From positions 504 to 64,503 of the forward strand of contig CAJXSU010000005.1 of the NCBI GenBank assembly GCA_913061465.1: DNA of 64,000 nucleotides, read 5' to 3'. This document shows positions 10,121 to 20,260 of the stretch, one piece after another (within the stretch, counting starts at the first letter, position 1; each line of letters opens with the position of its first letter). A model generated the notes under the pieces. That model worked only from the letters and a program-made list of their open reading frames with translations. It had not been told where the DNA came from and did not search any database. The translations under genes were made by a program, and so were the position numbers. The DNA comes from an uncultured Flavobacterium sp. (lineage in GTDB: Bacteria > Bacteroidota > Bacteroidia > Flavobacteriales > Flavobacteriaceae).

Positions 10121-11221
10121 TTGAATGAAGAAGAAATTCTAGCACTTTTGCGTTTGCAAAAGACTCCAATGATTGGAGATGTTGTAGCAAAAAAACTCAT
10201 TGCTCATGTAGGCTCAGCCAGTGATATTTTTAAAGAGAAGAAACAGATACTTCAAAAAATTAATGGGATTGGTCAGCTTACGATTCAAAATTTATTTGAT
10301 AGCTCTAATCAGCACTTTGCTGAGCTAGAATTTAAATATATAAAACAAAATAAGATTAAATATTCTTATTTTTTGGATAAAGACTACCCAATAAATTTAA
10401 AACATTGTATAGACGCCCCAATTTTATTTTTTCAAGATGGAACTATTGATTTTTCAAATGATAAAATTATTTCTATTGTAGGTACGAGAAGAATGACAAA
10501 TTATGGTTTTAGTTTTTGTGAAAAACTTATTGATGAATTAGCAGCTTACAATCCTATTATTGTAAGTGGTTTTGCTTATGGAATTGATATTTGTGCGCAC
10601 AAAAGAGCCATAAAAAACAACTTGCAAACTATTGCTGTTCTAGCTCATGGTTTAGAAATTATGTATCCTAAAGCTCATAAAAGATATATCCATAGTGTAA
10701 ATAAGTACGGGGGTTTTTTAACAGAATTTTTTCACAATGTCCCTCCTCAACGAGAAAACTTTTTAAAAAGGAATAGAATTGTTGCAGGATTGTCAACAGC
10801 AACAATAGTTGTAGAATCTGCATCAAAAGGAGGTTCTCTAGTGACAGCAGATATTGCAAATTCATACGATAGAGATGTATTTGCAGTGCCAGGAAGAATC
10901 AATGATATTATGAGTCAAGGGTGTAATGACTTAATTTATAGAAATAAAGCACATTTACTCCAATCTTCTGAAGATATTGTAAAAATGCTTAATTGGGATA
11001 TATCAAAAAAAATCCCTCCTAAACAAACAAGATTATTTTTAGATCTTACAAATGATGAACAGAAAATAGTTGATTTTTTAGAATTAAAAGAGCAAGCAGT
11101 AATTGATGCAATTGCAATAGAAACTCAACTTCCTTTGAGTCAATTAGTCACAATATTATTACAACTAGAGTTCAAAAATATTGTAAAACCTTTTCCTGGA
11201 AAGATGTTTAAATTGAGCTAA
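10121..11221 (+). CDS. dprA: DNA-protecting protein DprA
   Basis: SIVGTR, IVSGFAYGIDICAH, FLKRNRIVAGLS, GGSLVTA, VFAVPG; TTG start. Confidence 0.95.
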   Translation: MNEEEILALLRLQKTPMIGDVVAKKLIAHVGSASDIFKEKKQILQKINGIGQLTIQNLFDSSNQHFAELEFKYIKQNKIKYSYFLDKDYPINLKHCIDAPILFFQDGTIDFSNDKIISIVGTRRMTNYGFSFCEKLIDELAAYNPIIVSGFAYGIDICAHKRAIKNNLQTIAVLAHGLEIMYPKAHKRYIHSVNKYGGFLTEFFHNVPPQRENFLKRNRIVAGLSTATIVVESASKGGSLVTADIANSYDRDVFAVPGRINDIMSQGCNDLIYRNKAHLLQSSEDIVKMLNWDISKKIPPKQTRLFLDLTNDEQKIVDFLELKEQAVIDAIAIETQLPLSQLVTILLQLEFKNIVKPFPGKMFKLS

Positions 11222-11263
11222 TTAAAAAGATTATGCATTACATTTGAGTGTAATTTGTATCAA

Positions 11264-12322
11264 ATGGCGCTAGAAAAAAAGTTAATTTCTAAAAAAAAAC
11301 CAACATTTCCTATTAATAAAATGTTGGATGAATATCTAAAGAAGTATAATAGAAACTTAAAAATACCAATTTTTTATGACGATTTGCTCCGTTTTCAAGG
11401 GTCAGTCATAGTTTATGATAAGAATGAAAAAGATACTTTATGGGTTAGGACATATTATTCAGAATATGATAGAGAAGAAATTGATGCTAGTTTAAAAAAA
11501 ATATACACGATACTCCATTCAGACGGAGGGAACGAAACTATCCCATTTTTAAATGTAGACGCTATTGATTATTGTACTTTCGGAAATTCAAAACCTTTTC
11601 GAATAAAAATAAGAAATGTTTTAAATGATAATTACACCTATTTTTATGTGAAAAAAGCTGATGCTTCTAGAATATATGGTTTAGAATTAGAACATATATT
11701 GTCTCCACATAACCTAAATTTCTTAGTTTACAAAGACACTTTAATAGAAGAACATATTTCAGGAATTCCAGGAGATGATTTTATAAAAGAATTCCTTCCT
11801 AAATGTTCAGAGTCAGAGAAATCTCAAATTGCTAAAGAATTTGTGAAATTTAAAGAAAGATGTTTGGTTCGTTTGCTCGGAGATATGCGTTCTTATAATT
11901 ATGTAATTATACCAACTCATGATTTTGATAAAATTATATATAAAATCAGAGCTATTGATTTTGATCAACAATCTTTTGAAGGAAATTTAAAAGTTTATGA
12001 TTTACAATTTTTAAAAGAAAACTTTAAAATTGTTGATATGGTAAACAAAAAATTAGATAAGAATTCAATTACTCAATATAAGTTAGAAGAGCGCTCTTAT
12101 ATGGCAAAAAGAATAATCTCTTCTCCTAGAAGAGCAACTAGTTTAATTAGGTGCATGAAAAGTGACACAATTTCTTTCCCCAATAATGTTCAACTTTTAA
12201 AGAAACATTTGATTAAATATGTGGGAGATGTTAAGTTCAAAGAATGTAATAATATGGGTGATATTTTAGAAACAATACTAATTTTTGTAAAACGTAATTA
12301 CCAAGATGTATTGACCAAGTAA
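11264..12322 (+). CDS. Conserved hypothetical protein; putative atypical (HipA/PI3-4K-like) kinase fold
   Basis: Long ORF with ordered motifs FGNSKP, YVKK, LLGDMRSYN, AIDFD. Confidence 0.6.
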   Translation: MALEKKLISKKKPTFPINKMLDEYLKKYNRNLKIPIFYDDLLRFQGSVIVYDKNEKDTLWVRTYYSEYDREEIDASLKKIYTILHSDGGNETIPFLNVDAIDYCTFGNSKPFRIKIRNVLNDNYTYFYVKKADASRIYGLELEHILSPHNLNFLVYKDTLIEEHISGIPGDDFIKEFLPKCSESEKSQIAKEFVKFKERCLVRLLGDMRSYNYVIIPTHDFDKIIYKIRAIDFDQQSFEGNLKVYDLQFLKENFKIVDMVNKKLDKNSITQYKLEERSYMAKRIISSPRRATSLIRCMKSDTISFPNNVQLLKKHLIKYVGDVKFKECNNMGDILETILIFVKRNYQDVLTK

Positions 12323-13186
12323 TTAACTTCCTTTTTTAACCCTTAAAGTTTCTATTAAAACAGTAGAAATAATTAACAGTCCTCCCCAAACAGTATTTAT
12401 TTCTGGAATCTCACCAACAACAAAGAAAGCTATTACAATTCCGAATATAGGCTGAATACTACTAATAATAGTTGCTGTTGTTGTTGAAAAAAACTTGAGT
12501 GAATGTACCATTAAGCTGTGACCGATAGCAGTTGTTAGTATTGCGAGTAATAATAAATACGGAAATTGAGATTGAAAATTAGAGACATCCATAAAAAATA
12601 ATACAGGAATCAAAACAATCGTAATTACAGAGGTTTGATATAACATAAGCATACTCCCATGATAGTGGTTTACATGTTGTTTTAAAATTAAGAGTCTAAT
12701 TGAATAGCAGAGTGCAGAAAATAAACCAAACAAAATTCCTTTCACATTTGAGCTCTCAAGATTAAATTCTGGAGCCAAAATAAAAACTCCAATTAACACA
12801 ACTCCTCCCAGAACAATATGTATGGGAATTATTTTTGATTTAAAGAACAAAGGTTCAAGTAGTGCAGTTATGATTGGAAATGTGTAAAGTGATAGCATGC
12901 CTAAAGCTACATTTGATAATTTTAAGGCATAGAAATACGTAACCCAATGAAAAGCCATAAAGAGCGAGCTAGTTATTAGCGGAACATGATGTTTAAAGTT
13001 GGGTACCTTAATACTTATTTTTTTATACTTACAAAATCCATATAAGAAAATCATTGCAAAAGCAGAGCGAAACCATATAATGACTTCAGAGGGCATTGCA
13101 ATATACTTGCCTAACACACCGGAGGTGCTTATGAAAAGAGTTGCTAAAATTAAATTAGACAGATTTTTAAAATAACTATTTTCCAT
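12323..13186 (-). CDS. DMT superfamily (EamA) transporter
   Basis: About 10 TM helices in two EamA repeats (HWVTYFYAL..., PIITALLEPLF, GHSL...QPIFG). Confidence 0.9.
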   Translation of the reverse strand: MENSYFKNLSNLILATLFISTSGVLGKYIAMPSEVIIWFRSAFAMIFLYGFCKYKKISIKVPNFKHHVPLITSSLFMAFHWVTYFYALKLSNVALGMLSLYTFPIITALLEPLFFKSKIIPIHIVLGGVVLIGVFILAPEFNLESSNVKGILFGLFSALCYSIRLLILKQHVNHYHGSMLMLYQTSVITIVLIPVLFFMDVSNFQSQFPYLLLLAILTTAIGHSLMVHSLKFFSTTTATIISSIQPIFGIVIAFFVVGEIPEINTVWGGLLIISTVLIETLRVKKGS

Positions 13187-13220
13187 TTTTTAAATGATGG
13201 GTTACAGTGAAAAAGGATAA

Positions 13221-16200
13221 TTATAAATCACCTAAAACTTTTTGAAGTCTTTTAAGGGCAACTTCTACAGAATCAATTTTTATAAAAGTAATCAATAATC
13301 GCAAACCTATTTTTGTTTGCTTTTCTTTAATTACACATGTTGTGGCGTTTTGTTGAACATATTTTAATACTGCTGTAAATGCCTTAGTTTGATAAAATTC
13401 ACTTTGTTGGTTCGATATAAAATACCCAATCATTCTCTTTTGCTTAAGTACTACCTTTTCTAAGCCTATTTTTTTTGCAAACCATTTTAAACGAACACTA
13501 TCTAATAAATCGATAGCCTGAAATGGTAATTCGCCAAAACGATCTATTAATCGTTGTTCATATTGAAGTAATTCTTCATCAGTTTCTAAAGTGGATAATT
13601 CATTGTAAAGATTCAGTCGCTCAGTAATCGAATTGATATAATTATCAGGAAATAAAATTTCAAAATCAGTGTCTATTTGAACTTCTTTTATAAATTCTTT
13701 AGGTTTGTTTTCTTCAGTATTATAAAGTTCTTTAAATTCATTCTCTTTTAATTCTTCAATGGCCTCACTCAATATTTTTTGATAAGTATCAAATCCAATG
13801 TCATTAATAAAACCACTTTGTTCACCACCTAGTAAATCTCCTGCTCCTCGAATTTCTAAATCTTTCATCGCAATATTTAAGCCACTTCCTAGATCAGAAA
13901 ATAGCTCTAAAGCTTCTATTCTTTTTCTTGCATCATCAGTCATCATATGGTAAGGTGGAGTAATGAAATAACAAAAAGCTTTTTTATTGGATCTTCCAAC
14001 TCTACCTCTCATTTGATGTAAGTCAGAAAGACCGAAATTATTAGCGTTGTTTATAAAAATAGTATTTGCATTGGGAACATCCAATCCACTTTCTACGATT
14101 GTAGTAGAAACCAGTACATCAAATTCATTATTCATAAATTCCAACATAAGGCTTTCTAATTTCTTACCTTCCATTTGTCCATGACCAACTCCAATATTAG
14201 CATTAGGAATTAAACGCTGTAAAAGACCAGCAACTTCTTTTATATTTTCAATTCTATTATGAATAAAAAACACTTGTCCACCTCTAGAAATTTCATAAGT
14301 AATTGCATCACGAATTATTTCCTCACTGAAACGAATAACCTGAGTGTCTATGGGATGACGATTGGGTGGGGGTGTTGAAATTACTGATAAGTCTCGAGCA
14401 GCCATCAAACTAAATTGTAATGTTCTTGGTATGGGGGTTGCAGTCAAGGTAAGGGTGTCTACATTTTCTTTTATGGTTTTTAATTTATCTTTTACAGCAA
14501 CTCCAAATTTCTGTTCTTCATCTATGATGAGTAATCCTAAATCTTTAAATTTAATTTTTTTGTTAGTTAGTTGATGTGTTCCGATGACAATATCGATACT
14601 TCCCTCATTAATACCCTCTATGGCTTCGTTTCTTTGTTTGGTAGTTCTAAATCGATTTAAATAATCTATTCTAACAGGAAAATTTTCTAATCGTTTTGTA
14701 AATGTTTTATAATGTTGAAAAGCTAAAATTGTGGTTGGAACTAAAATAGCTACCTGCTTTCCATTATCAACTGCTTTAAATGCCGCTCTAATAGCAATTT
14801 CTGTTTTTCCGAATCCTACATCTCCACAGACCAATCGATCCATAGGTTGTTCTTTCTCCATGTCCGCTTTAACATCTTGAGTAGCTGAATATTGATCTGG
14901 AGTATCTTCATATATAAAACTGGCTTCAAGTTCGTGCTGTATATGAGTATCTGGCCCAAAAGCTAATCCTTTCCGCATTCTTCTTTTTGCATATAATTTG
15001 ATTAAATTATATGCGATTTCTTTCACTCTTTTTTTAGTCTTTTGTTTTATCTTTTTCCAGGCACCCGATCCTAATTTATATATTTTTGGTGCTTTTCCAT
15101 CTTTTCCATTGAATTTAGAAATTTTGTGTAAAGAGTGAATGCTAACATATAAAATATCACGATCACCATAAATTAGTTTAATAGCTTCTTGATTTTTTCC
15201 TTCTACATCAATTTTTTGAAGCCCACCAAATTTTCCAATTCCATGATCGATATGTGTTACATAATCTCCAATATCAAGATTATTCAACTCTTTTAATGTG
15301 ATGGATTGTTTTTTTGCATAGCCATTTTTTAAACGAAATTTATGATAACGTTCAAAAATTTGATGATCTGTATAACAAACAACTTTTTCTTCTAAATCGA
15401 TAAACCCTTGATATAGTGGGAATACAATTGTTTGATAATGAACTTCTTTTTTGGCATCTTCAAAAATATCGTGAAATCGCTGAGCTTGTTGTTCATTAGC
15501 ACAGAAAATATAATTGGTAAATCCTTTGGTATGATATTCGTTTAAATTTTCAATTAACAAATCAAATTGTTTATTAAATGAGGGTTGTGCTTTTGTAATA
15601 AAATCAATTATTGGGTTTTCTCCAGAAGTATAGGTTTCAAAACTAGCTACTGTAAAATCAGAGAGTTGGTTTTGAATAAAAGGACCATTACAAAATAAAT
15701 CAATTGGTTTGGTATGATTTAATTCTTTAGACAATTCACTAAATACATTTTCGGCCCTGCCAAACAATTTATCTAATTTACCAATTAATAAATCGCTGTT
15801 TTTTATGAAAATAACTGTATTAGAAGTGATGTATTGCAGAAAACTTTCTCGCTTCTCTTGAAGTTTTTTGTTTTCAACATTTGACATAATACTAGCTTTT
15901 TGAAGCTTTTCTTTGGAGAGTTGTGTTTCCACATCAAAAGTTCTAATACTGTCTATCTCGTCTCCAAAAAATTCAATTCGAAATGGCTCATCATTTGAGA
16001 ATGAGAAAACATCAATGATTCCACCACGAACTGAAAAATCTCCTGGCTCTGTTACAAAATCAACACGATTAAAATTGTATTCAAATAATATTTCATTTAC
16101 AAAATCTAAAGAAACACTTTCTGATACAGATAATTTAAGGGTGTTTCTTTCTAAATCTTTTTTAGTCACTACTTTTTCAAATAATGCTTCAGGATAGGTG

Positions 16201-16565
16201 ACAATTATGGCAGGTTTTTTTCGAGAATTGATTCGGTTTAAAACCTCTGATCGCATTAAAACATTAGCATTGTCAGTTTGTTCTATCTGATAAGGTCTTC
16301 GGTAAGATCCAGGGTAAAATAAAACTCTTTTTTGATTTAGTAACTGTTCTAAATCATTAAGATGATAGGCAGCTTCTTCTTTATCATTAAGTATCAGTAG
16401 ATAGCTTTTATCATCTTTTTTAAAAGTTTCTGATATCACAAAAGACATCGATGATCCGACCAAATTCGTAATTTGAATTTGGTTCTTGTCTTTTTGTATT
16501 TGCTTTAAAACCTGTTTTACTTTAACAGATTCTTGATACTGATTAACAATTTCTTGTTTGCTCAA
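13221..16565 (-). CDS. mfd: Transcription-repair coupling factor Mfd
   Basis: FSVRGGIIDVF, VTHIDHGIGKF (CarD-like), CGDVGFGKTE, IIDEEQKFG, TATPIPRTL, HQMRGRVGRS, TRCF domain. Confidence 0.97.
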   Translation of the reverse strand: MSKQEIVNQYQESVKVKQVLKQIQKDKNQIQITNLVGSSMSFVISETFKKDDKSYLLILNDKEEAAYHLNDLEQLLNQKRVLFYPGSYRRPYQIEQTDNANVLMRSEVLNRINSRKKPAIIVTYPEALFEKVVTKKDLERNTLKLSVSESVSLDFVNEILFEYNFNRVDFVTEPGDFSVRGGIIDVFSFSNDEPFRIEFFGDEIDSIRTFDVETQLSKEKLQKASIMSNVENKKLQEKRESFLQYITSNTVIFIKNSDLLIGKLDKLFGRAENVFSELSKELNHTKPIDLFCNGPFIQNQLSDFTVASFETYTSGENPIIDFITKAQPSFNKQFDLLIENLNEYHTKGFTNYIFCANEQQAQRFHDIFEDAKKEVHYQTIVFPLYQGFIDLEEKVVCYTDHQIFERYHKFRLKNGYAKKQSITLKELNNLDIGDYVTHIDHGIGKFGGLQKIDVEGKNQEAIKLIYGDRDILYVSIHSLHKISKFNGKDGKAPKIYKLGSGAWKKIKQKTKKRVKEIAYNLIKLYAKRRMRKGLAFGPDTHIQHELEASFIYEDTPDQYSATQDVKADMEKEQPMDRLVCGDVGFGKTEIAIRAAFKAVDNGKQVAILVPTTILAFQHYKTFTKRLENFPVRIDYLNRFRTTKQRNEAIEGINEGSIDIVIGTHQLTNKKIKFKDLGLLIIDEEQKFGVAVKDKLKTIKENVDTLTLTATPIPRTLQFSLMAARDLSVISTPPPNRHPIDTQVIRFSEEIIRDAITYEISRGGQVFFIHNRIENIKEVAGLLQRLIPNANIGVGHGQMEGKKLESLMLEFMNNEFDVLVSTTIVESGLDVPNANTIFINNANNFGLSDLHQMRGRVGRSNKKAFCYFITPPYHMMTDDARKRIEALELFSDLGSGLNIAMKDLEIRGAGDLLGGEQSGFINDIGFDTYQKILSEAIEELKENEFKELYNTEENKPKEFIKEVQIDTDFEILFPDNYINSITERLNLYNELSTLETDEELLQYEQRLIDRFGELPFQAIDLLDSVRLKWFAKKIGLEKVVLKQKRMIGYFISNQQSEFYQTKAFTAVLKYVQQNATTCVIKEKQTKIGLRLLITFIKIDSVEVALKRLQKVLGDL

Positions 16566-16649
16566 GGATACGTAATTTCTTCAAAGATAAATGCTATAAT
16601 ATTAATTTGAAATGATAAACCTATATTTGTATAATTATTTATATATTTT

Positions 16650-17237
16650 ATGAAAAAATTTATTGTAAGAAAATCTTTAGTTTTATTTCTTTTTATCTCA
16701 TTAGCAACAAATGCTCAAAATAATGAAAATAAATGGGTAGTAGGTGTAAGTGGGTCTTTAGTTCGCTTTAGTAATATAAATAGGGTTAAAGATTGGCATA
16801 ATTTTCAAGCACCTAAAATTAATATTGCTAGATATTTATTTTCTGGACTTACTGTAGATGCAGGATTTACTTTAAATGCCATTGATATACATCCATTTGT
16901 AACTAATGAATTTAGTTACAATTCATTTGATGGAAATTTACGATATGATTTTAATTTATCAAATAATCACTTAGTTCCATATTTAACTGTTGGAGCGAGT
17001 ATAGTTGGCCCACCTAGCACAATTCAAAATTCAAAGTCATCAGGGGTTTTAAATGTTGGTTTTGGAGGAACCTTCTGGGTTTCTAGTCATTGGGGTTTAA
17101 ATACACAGATTTCATATAAACATTCGCCCGAGAAGATTTATAGTATGACAGCTCATAAACAATTAACCGTTGGAGTGGTATATAGTTTAAAGGCTAGAAC
17201 ACGGGTTATAAAAAGTTTTTGGAATAAACGTTGGTAG
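16650..17237 (+). CDS. Small outer-membrane beta-barrel protein (OmpA-like TM domain only)
   Basis: Signal peptide and amphipathic strands. Aligns by eye with the N-terminal barrel of the OmpA at 25630. Confidence 0.75.
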   Translation: MKKFIVRKSLVLFLFISLATNAQNNENKWVVGVSGSLVRFSNINRVKDWHNFQAPKINIARYLFSGLTVDAGFTLNAIDIHPFVTNEFSYNSFDGNLRYDFNLSNNHLVPYLTVGASIVGPPSTIQNSKSSGVLNVGFGGTFWVSSHWGLNTQISYKHSPEKIYSMTAHKQLTVGVVYSLKARTRVIKSFWNKRW

Positions 17238-17255
17238 TTCGTTAAGCTATTTACC

Positions 17256-19499
17256 CTAATATAGTGCATAGCGAATTCCAATAAATGCCCTTATTCCCTG
17301 ATTAGATGTGTACACATAACTAGGGTCAAAAGCTCTTTCAGGATTTAGCTCTGTGTCTACGCCAACATCAAATGGATTATCTGAACTATTAATGCTATTT
17401 GCTGCTGGTTTAAAATTAAGTAGATTTTTAACTCCACCATAAACTTCCCAATTGTTTTTAAAATTCTTGGTCATTTGAATATTTTGAATACTAAACCAAG
17501 GGGAATATTCATCTCTTGGATCATTTTCACCTAATAAAGGTAAGCGCATTGGCCCATAAATGTTTCCGGTATAATCTATGCTCAAATTAGTATTAAATTT
17601 ATATGAAATAGACCAAACTCCACTGAAGCCCTCAGTTAATAATTGTGTTTTTTTAATGTTGTTTTCTGTTACAGAAACTTCCATTAGGGTAGCTCCTGCA
17701 TTTATTGTTAGACCATTAGTGAATAAAATATTAGAATTTAAAGAAACTCCTTTAGAGACCGAAAACCCTTCTAAATTTGCATAAATAATTTTATTTGGGT
17801 TAGTTTCATAATCAGGTAAAATTCTATTATTAAAATAGGTGTAAAAACCACTCGCATCTAAAGTAATAAACGAGTTTTCAGTATTTATTTTCTTTACATA
17901 ATTAACATTTACATTCCAGGAGGTTTCTGGTTGTAATTCTCCATCAAACTCTACTGTTCTTGCACCAGTTAATGCTGCATGGTCCTCTGTAAAAACGTTT
18001 GCTACTCTAAATCCATTACCAGCACTTAGTCTTAAGATATTAGAATTATCTCTAGAGTTCCATTTTAAATTTATTCTAGGAGAAAAGATGTTTCCATGAA
18101 TACTATTGTTATCCCACCGAACCCCTAAAAGTAATTTTTTTTGATTACTCAACTGTATTTCATCTTGAATAAAAACTCCGGGTAAATGTATTATTGATGG
18201 GTTATTATCAATACCATTATCATTTAAAGTTGCAAATGTATTATCATCATAAAATGTATAACGATAAGCTAATCCAAATAATAAATTGTGTTTTTTGCCG
18301 AGTTCTTTATTGTAAACTAATTGACCAAAACCAATCAATTGTTCAGCATTATATGAGGTTTCTCCATAAAATGAATCTTGATAATGTCCGTTTGCACTAA
18401 ATTGGAAACGAATATTTTCGGATGTTGGTAATTCGTAAGTTCCAAAAGTTTCCCATCTATTAGTATAAATACTTTCTCCATAGATTTGGTTTCCCCCTCT
18501 GAATTCTTTTTCCCAATTCATTTCTCCTCCCCAACGATCTTCATATACATAGCGTCCAGCAATAGTAAATAGTTTTTTGTTTTTTCTTTCGATATTAATT
18601 TTATTAAAAATTGATATTCTGTTTTGTAAGGTCATATCGGTAAAATTGTCATTATTATTATCAATTCTATTTTGGAAATTGAAATAATTTACACCTAATA
18701 GTGCTTGTGCTTTTTCGGATACATCATATCGAAGCCCAATATCTAGGTTGAATTCTCCCCATGAACTTAAAAATGTATCCGTTGATAATAATTGTGCACT
18801 TGTCGGTTTTTTAGTAATCACATTTAATATGCCTCCAACTGCTTCAGAACCATATAAGGTTGATGCTGGCCCTTTAACAATTTCCACTCTCTCTATTAAT
18901 GCTTGTGGAATTCCGGTTAAACCATAAACAGTAGATAGACCACTAACAATGGGCGTACCGTCAATTAAAACAAAAGCATAAGGACCCTCTAAACCATTAA
19001 TATGAATATCACCTGTATTACAAATATTACAATTTAACTGAGGACGAACTCCGTTAACATTTTGTAAAGATTCAAAGATAGACGGTGTAGGGTTTTTTCT
19101 AAAGAAAGTTTCGCTATATACTTCTATAGGAACTGGACTATTTGATTTTGAAACAGGTCTTAAGGTTCCGGAGATGACTACTTCTTCAAGAGAATTATCT
19201 GATTCTAATGAAAAATCACGAATGATTTGAGTATTCTTAAACGATATGTTAATTGATTTTGTTTTATAGCCTACGCTACTTATAATTACAGTGTAAGTTC
19301 CGTTGGGTATATTTTTTATGTTATAAAAACCATGATTATCTGAGGCTGTGCCTAGTTTATTATTTTTAAAATATATATTAACATAGGGTAAATCTTCACC
19401 ATCGCTGGATATTTTACCGGATAAGGTATTATTTTGAGCGTGTGCATAAGATGATAGAAATAAACAAAGTAATAGAATACTTTTAACAAAGGAGTTCAT
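17256..19499 (-). CDS. TonB-dependent receptor (carboxypeptidase-regulatory-like N-domain), probably metal uptake
   Basis: Signal peptide, LEEVVISGT, IERVEIVKGPASTLYGSEAVGG plug motif, C-terminal aromatic strand. Divergent from a DtxR-family regulator. Confidence 0.9.
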   Translation of the reverse strand: MNSFVKSILLLCLFLSSYAHAQNNTLSGKISSDGEDLPYVNIYFKNNKLGTASDNHGFYNIKNIPNGTYTVIISSVGYKTKSINISFKNTQIIRDFSLESDNSLEEVVISGTLRPVSKSNSPVPIEVYSETFFRKNPTPSIFESLQNVNGVRPQLNCNICNTGDIHINGLEGPYAFVLIDGTPIVSGLSTVYGLTGIPQALIERVEIVKGPASTLYGSEAVGGILNVITKKPTSAQLLSTDTFLSSWGEFNLDIGLRYDVSEKAQALLGVNYFNFQNRIDNNNDNFTDMTLQNRISIFNKINIERKNKKLFTIAGRYVYEDRWGGEMNWEKEFRGGNQIYGESIYTNRWETFGTYELPTSENIRFQFSANGHYQDSFYGETSYNAEQLIGFGQLVYNKELGKKHNLLFGLAYRYTFYDDNTFATLNDNGIDNNPSIIHLPGVFIQDEIQLSNQKKLLLGVRWDNNSIHGNIFSPRINLKWNSRDNSNILRLSAGNGFRVANVFTEDHAALTGARTVEFDGELQPETSWNVNVNYVKKINTENSFITLDASGFYTYFNNRILPDYETNPNKIIYANLEGFSVSKGVSLNSNILFTNGLTINAGATLMEVSVTENNIKKTQLLTEGFSGVWSISYKFNTNLSIDYTGNIYGPMRLPLLGENDPRDEYSPWFSIQNIQMTKNFKNNWEVYGGVKNLLNFKPAANSINSSDNPFDVGVDTELNPERAFDPSYVYTSNQGIRAFIGIRYALY

Positions 19500-19536
19500 A
19501 GTTAATAATTCAATTTTTTTGTAAAAGTAAATAATT

Positions 19537-19554
19537 TTTTAGATAAGGCTAAAA
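19537..19554. promoter_or_regulatory. Putative DtxR/MntR operator TTTTAG-N6-CTAAAA
   Basis: Palindrome TTTTAGATAAGGCTAAAA between the divergent -7 elements (minus 19522-19529 TACTTTTA; plus 19580-19587 TATCTTTG). The TTAG..CTAA core resembles DtxR-family boxes. Confidence 0.6.
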
Positions 19555-19609
19555 TTTTTTTATAAAAAAATAAAAAATGTATCTTTGACATCAATATTAT
19601 ATAATTTTT

Positions 19610-20260
19610 ATGTTTTCACTTTCTGAAGAGAATTATTTAAAATCGATATATCATCTAGAGGCCATTCATGGAAAAGGAATTAGCACAAATTCAATTGCCA
19701 AAAAACTAGAGACAAAGGCCTCCTCTGTTACAGATATGATTAAGAAACTTGCCGAAAAAAAGGTGTTAGTTTATAAAAAATATCAAGGGGTTTCTTTAAC
19801 AGTACTAGGGAGAAAAGAAGCCGCAAATATTGTCAGAAAACATCGTTTGTGGGAAGTATTCTTAGTAGACAAACTAAATTTTTCTTGGGATGAAGTTCAT
19901 GATGTAGCCGAACAATTAGAGCATATTAAATCTCCAAAACTTATTGATGAGTTAGATGTTTTTCTAGGGTTTCCTAAAATGGACCCGCACGGTGATCCAA
20001 TCCCAGATAAAGAAGGTAATTTTCAGAAAATAGAAAAAAGACTGCTATCAACTTTAGAGGAAAATAAAACAGGAATTTGTGTTGGTGTTAACGATTCTTC
20101 ATCAGACTTTTTAAAATACTTAGATAAAAATAATATCTCATTAGGAAAAAAAATAAAGGTGCTTTCCAAAGAATCTTTTGATGGTTCCTTAACTATTTTA
20201 ATCCATTCAAAAGAAATTACTATTTCTAAAAAAATATCCAATAATATATATATTCAATAA
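19610..20260 (+). CDS. mntR: DtxR/MntR-family metal-dependent repressor with C-terminal FeoA domain
   Basis: SEENYLKSIY, SVTDMIKKL, RKHRLWEVFL, AEQLEH, DPHGDPIP. Confidence 0.88.
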   Translation: MFSLSEENYLKSIYHLEAIHGKGISTNSIAKKLETKASSVTDMIKKLAEKKVLVYKKYQGVSLTVLGRKEAANIVRKHRLWEVFLVDKLNFSWDEVHDVAEQLEHIKSPKLIDELDVFLGFPKMDPHGDPIPDKEGNFQKIEKRLLSTLEENKTGICVGVNDSSSDFLKYLDKNNISLGKKIKVLSKESFDGSLTILIHSKEITISKKISNNIYIQ

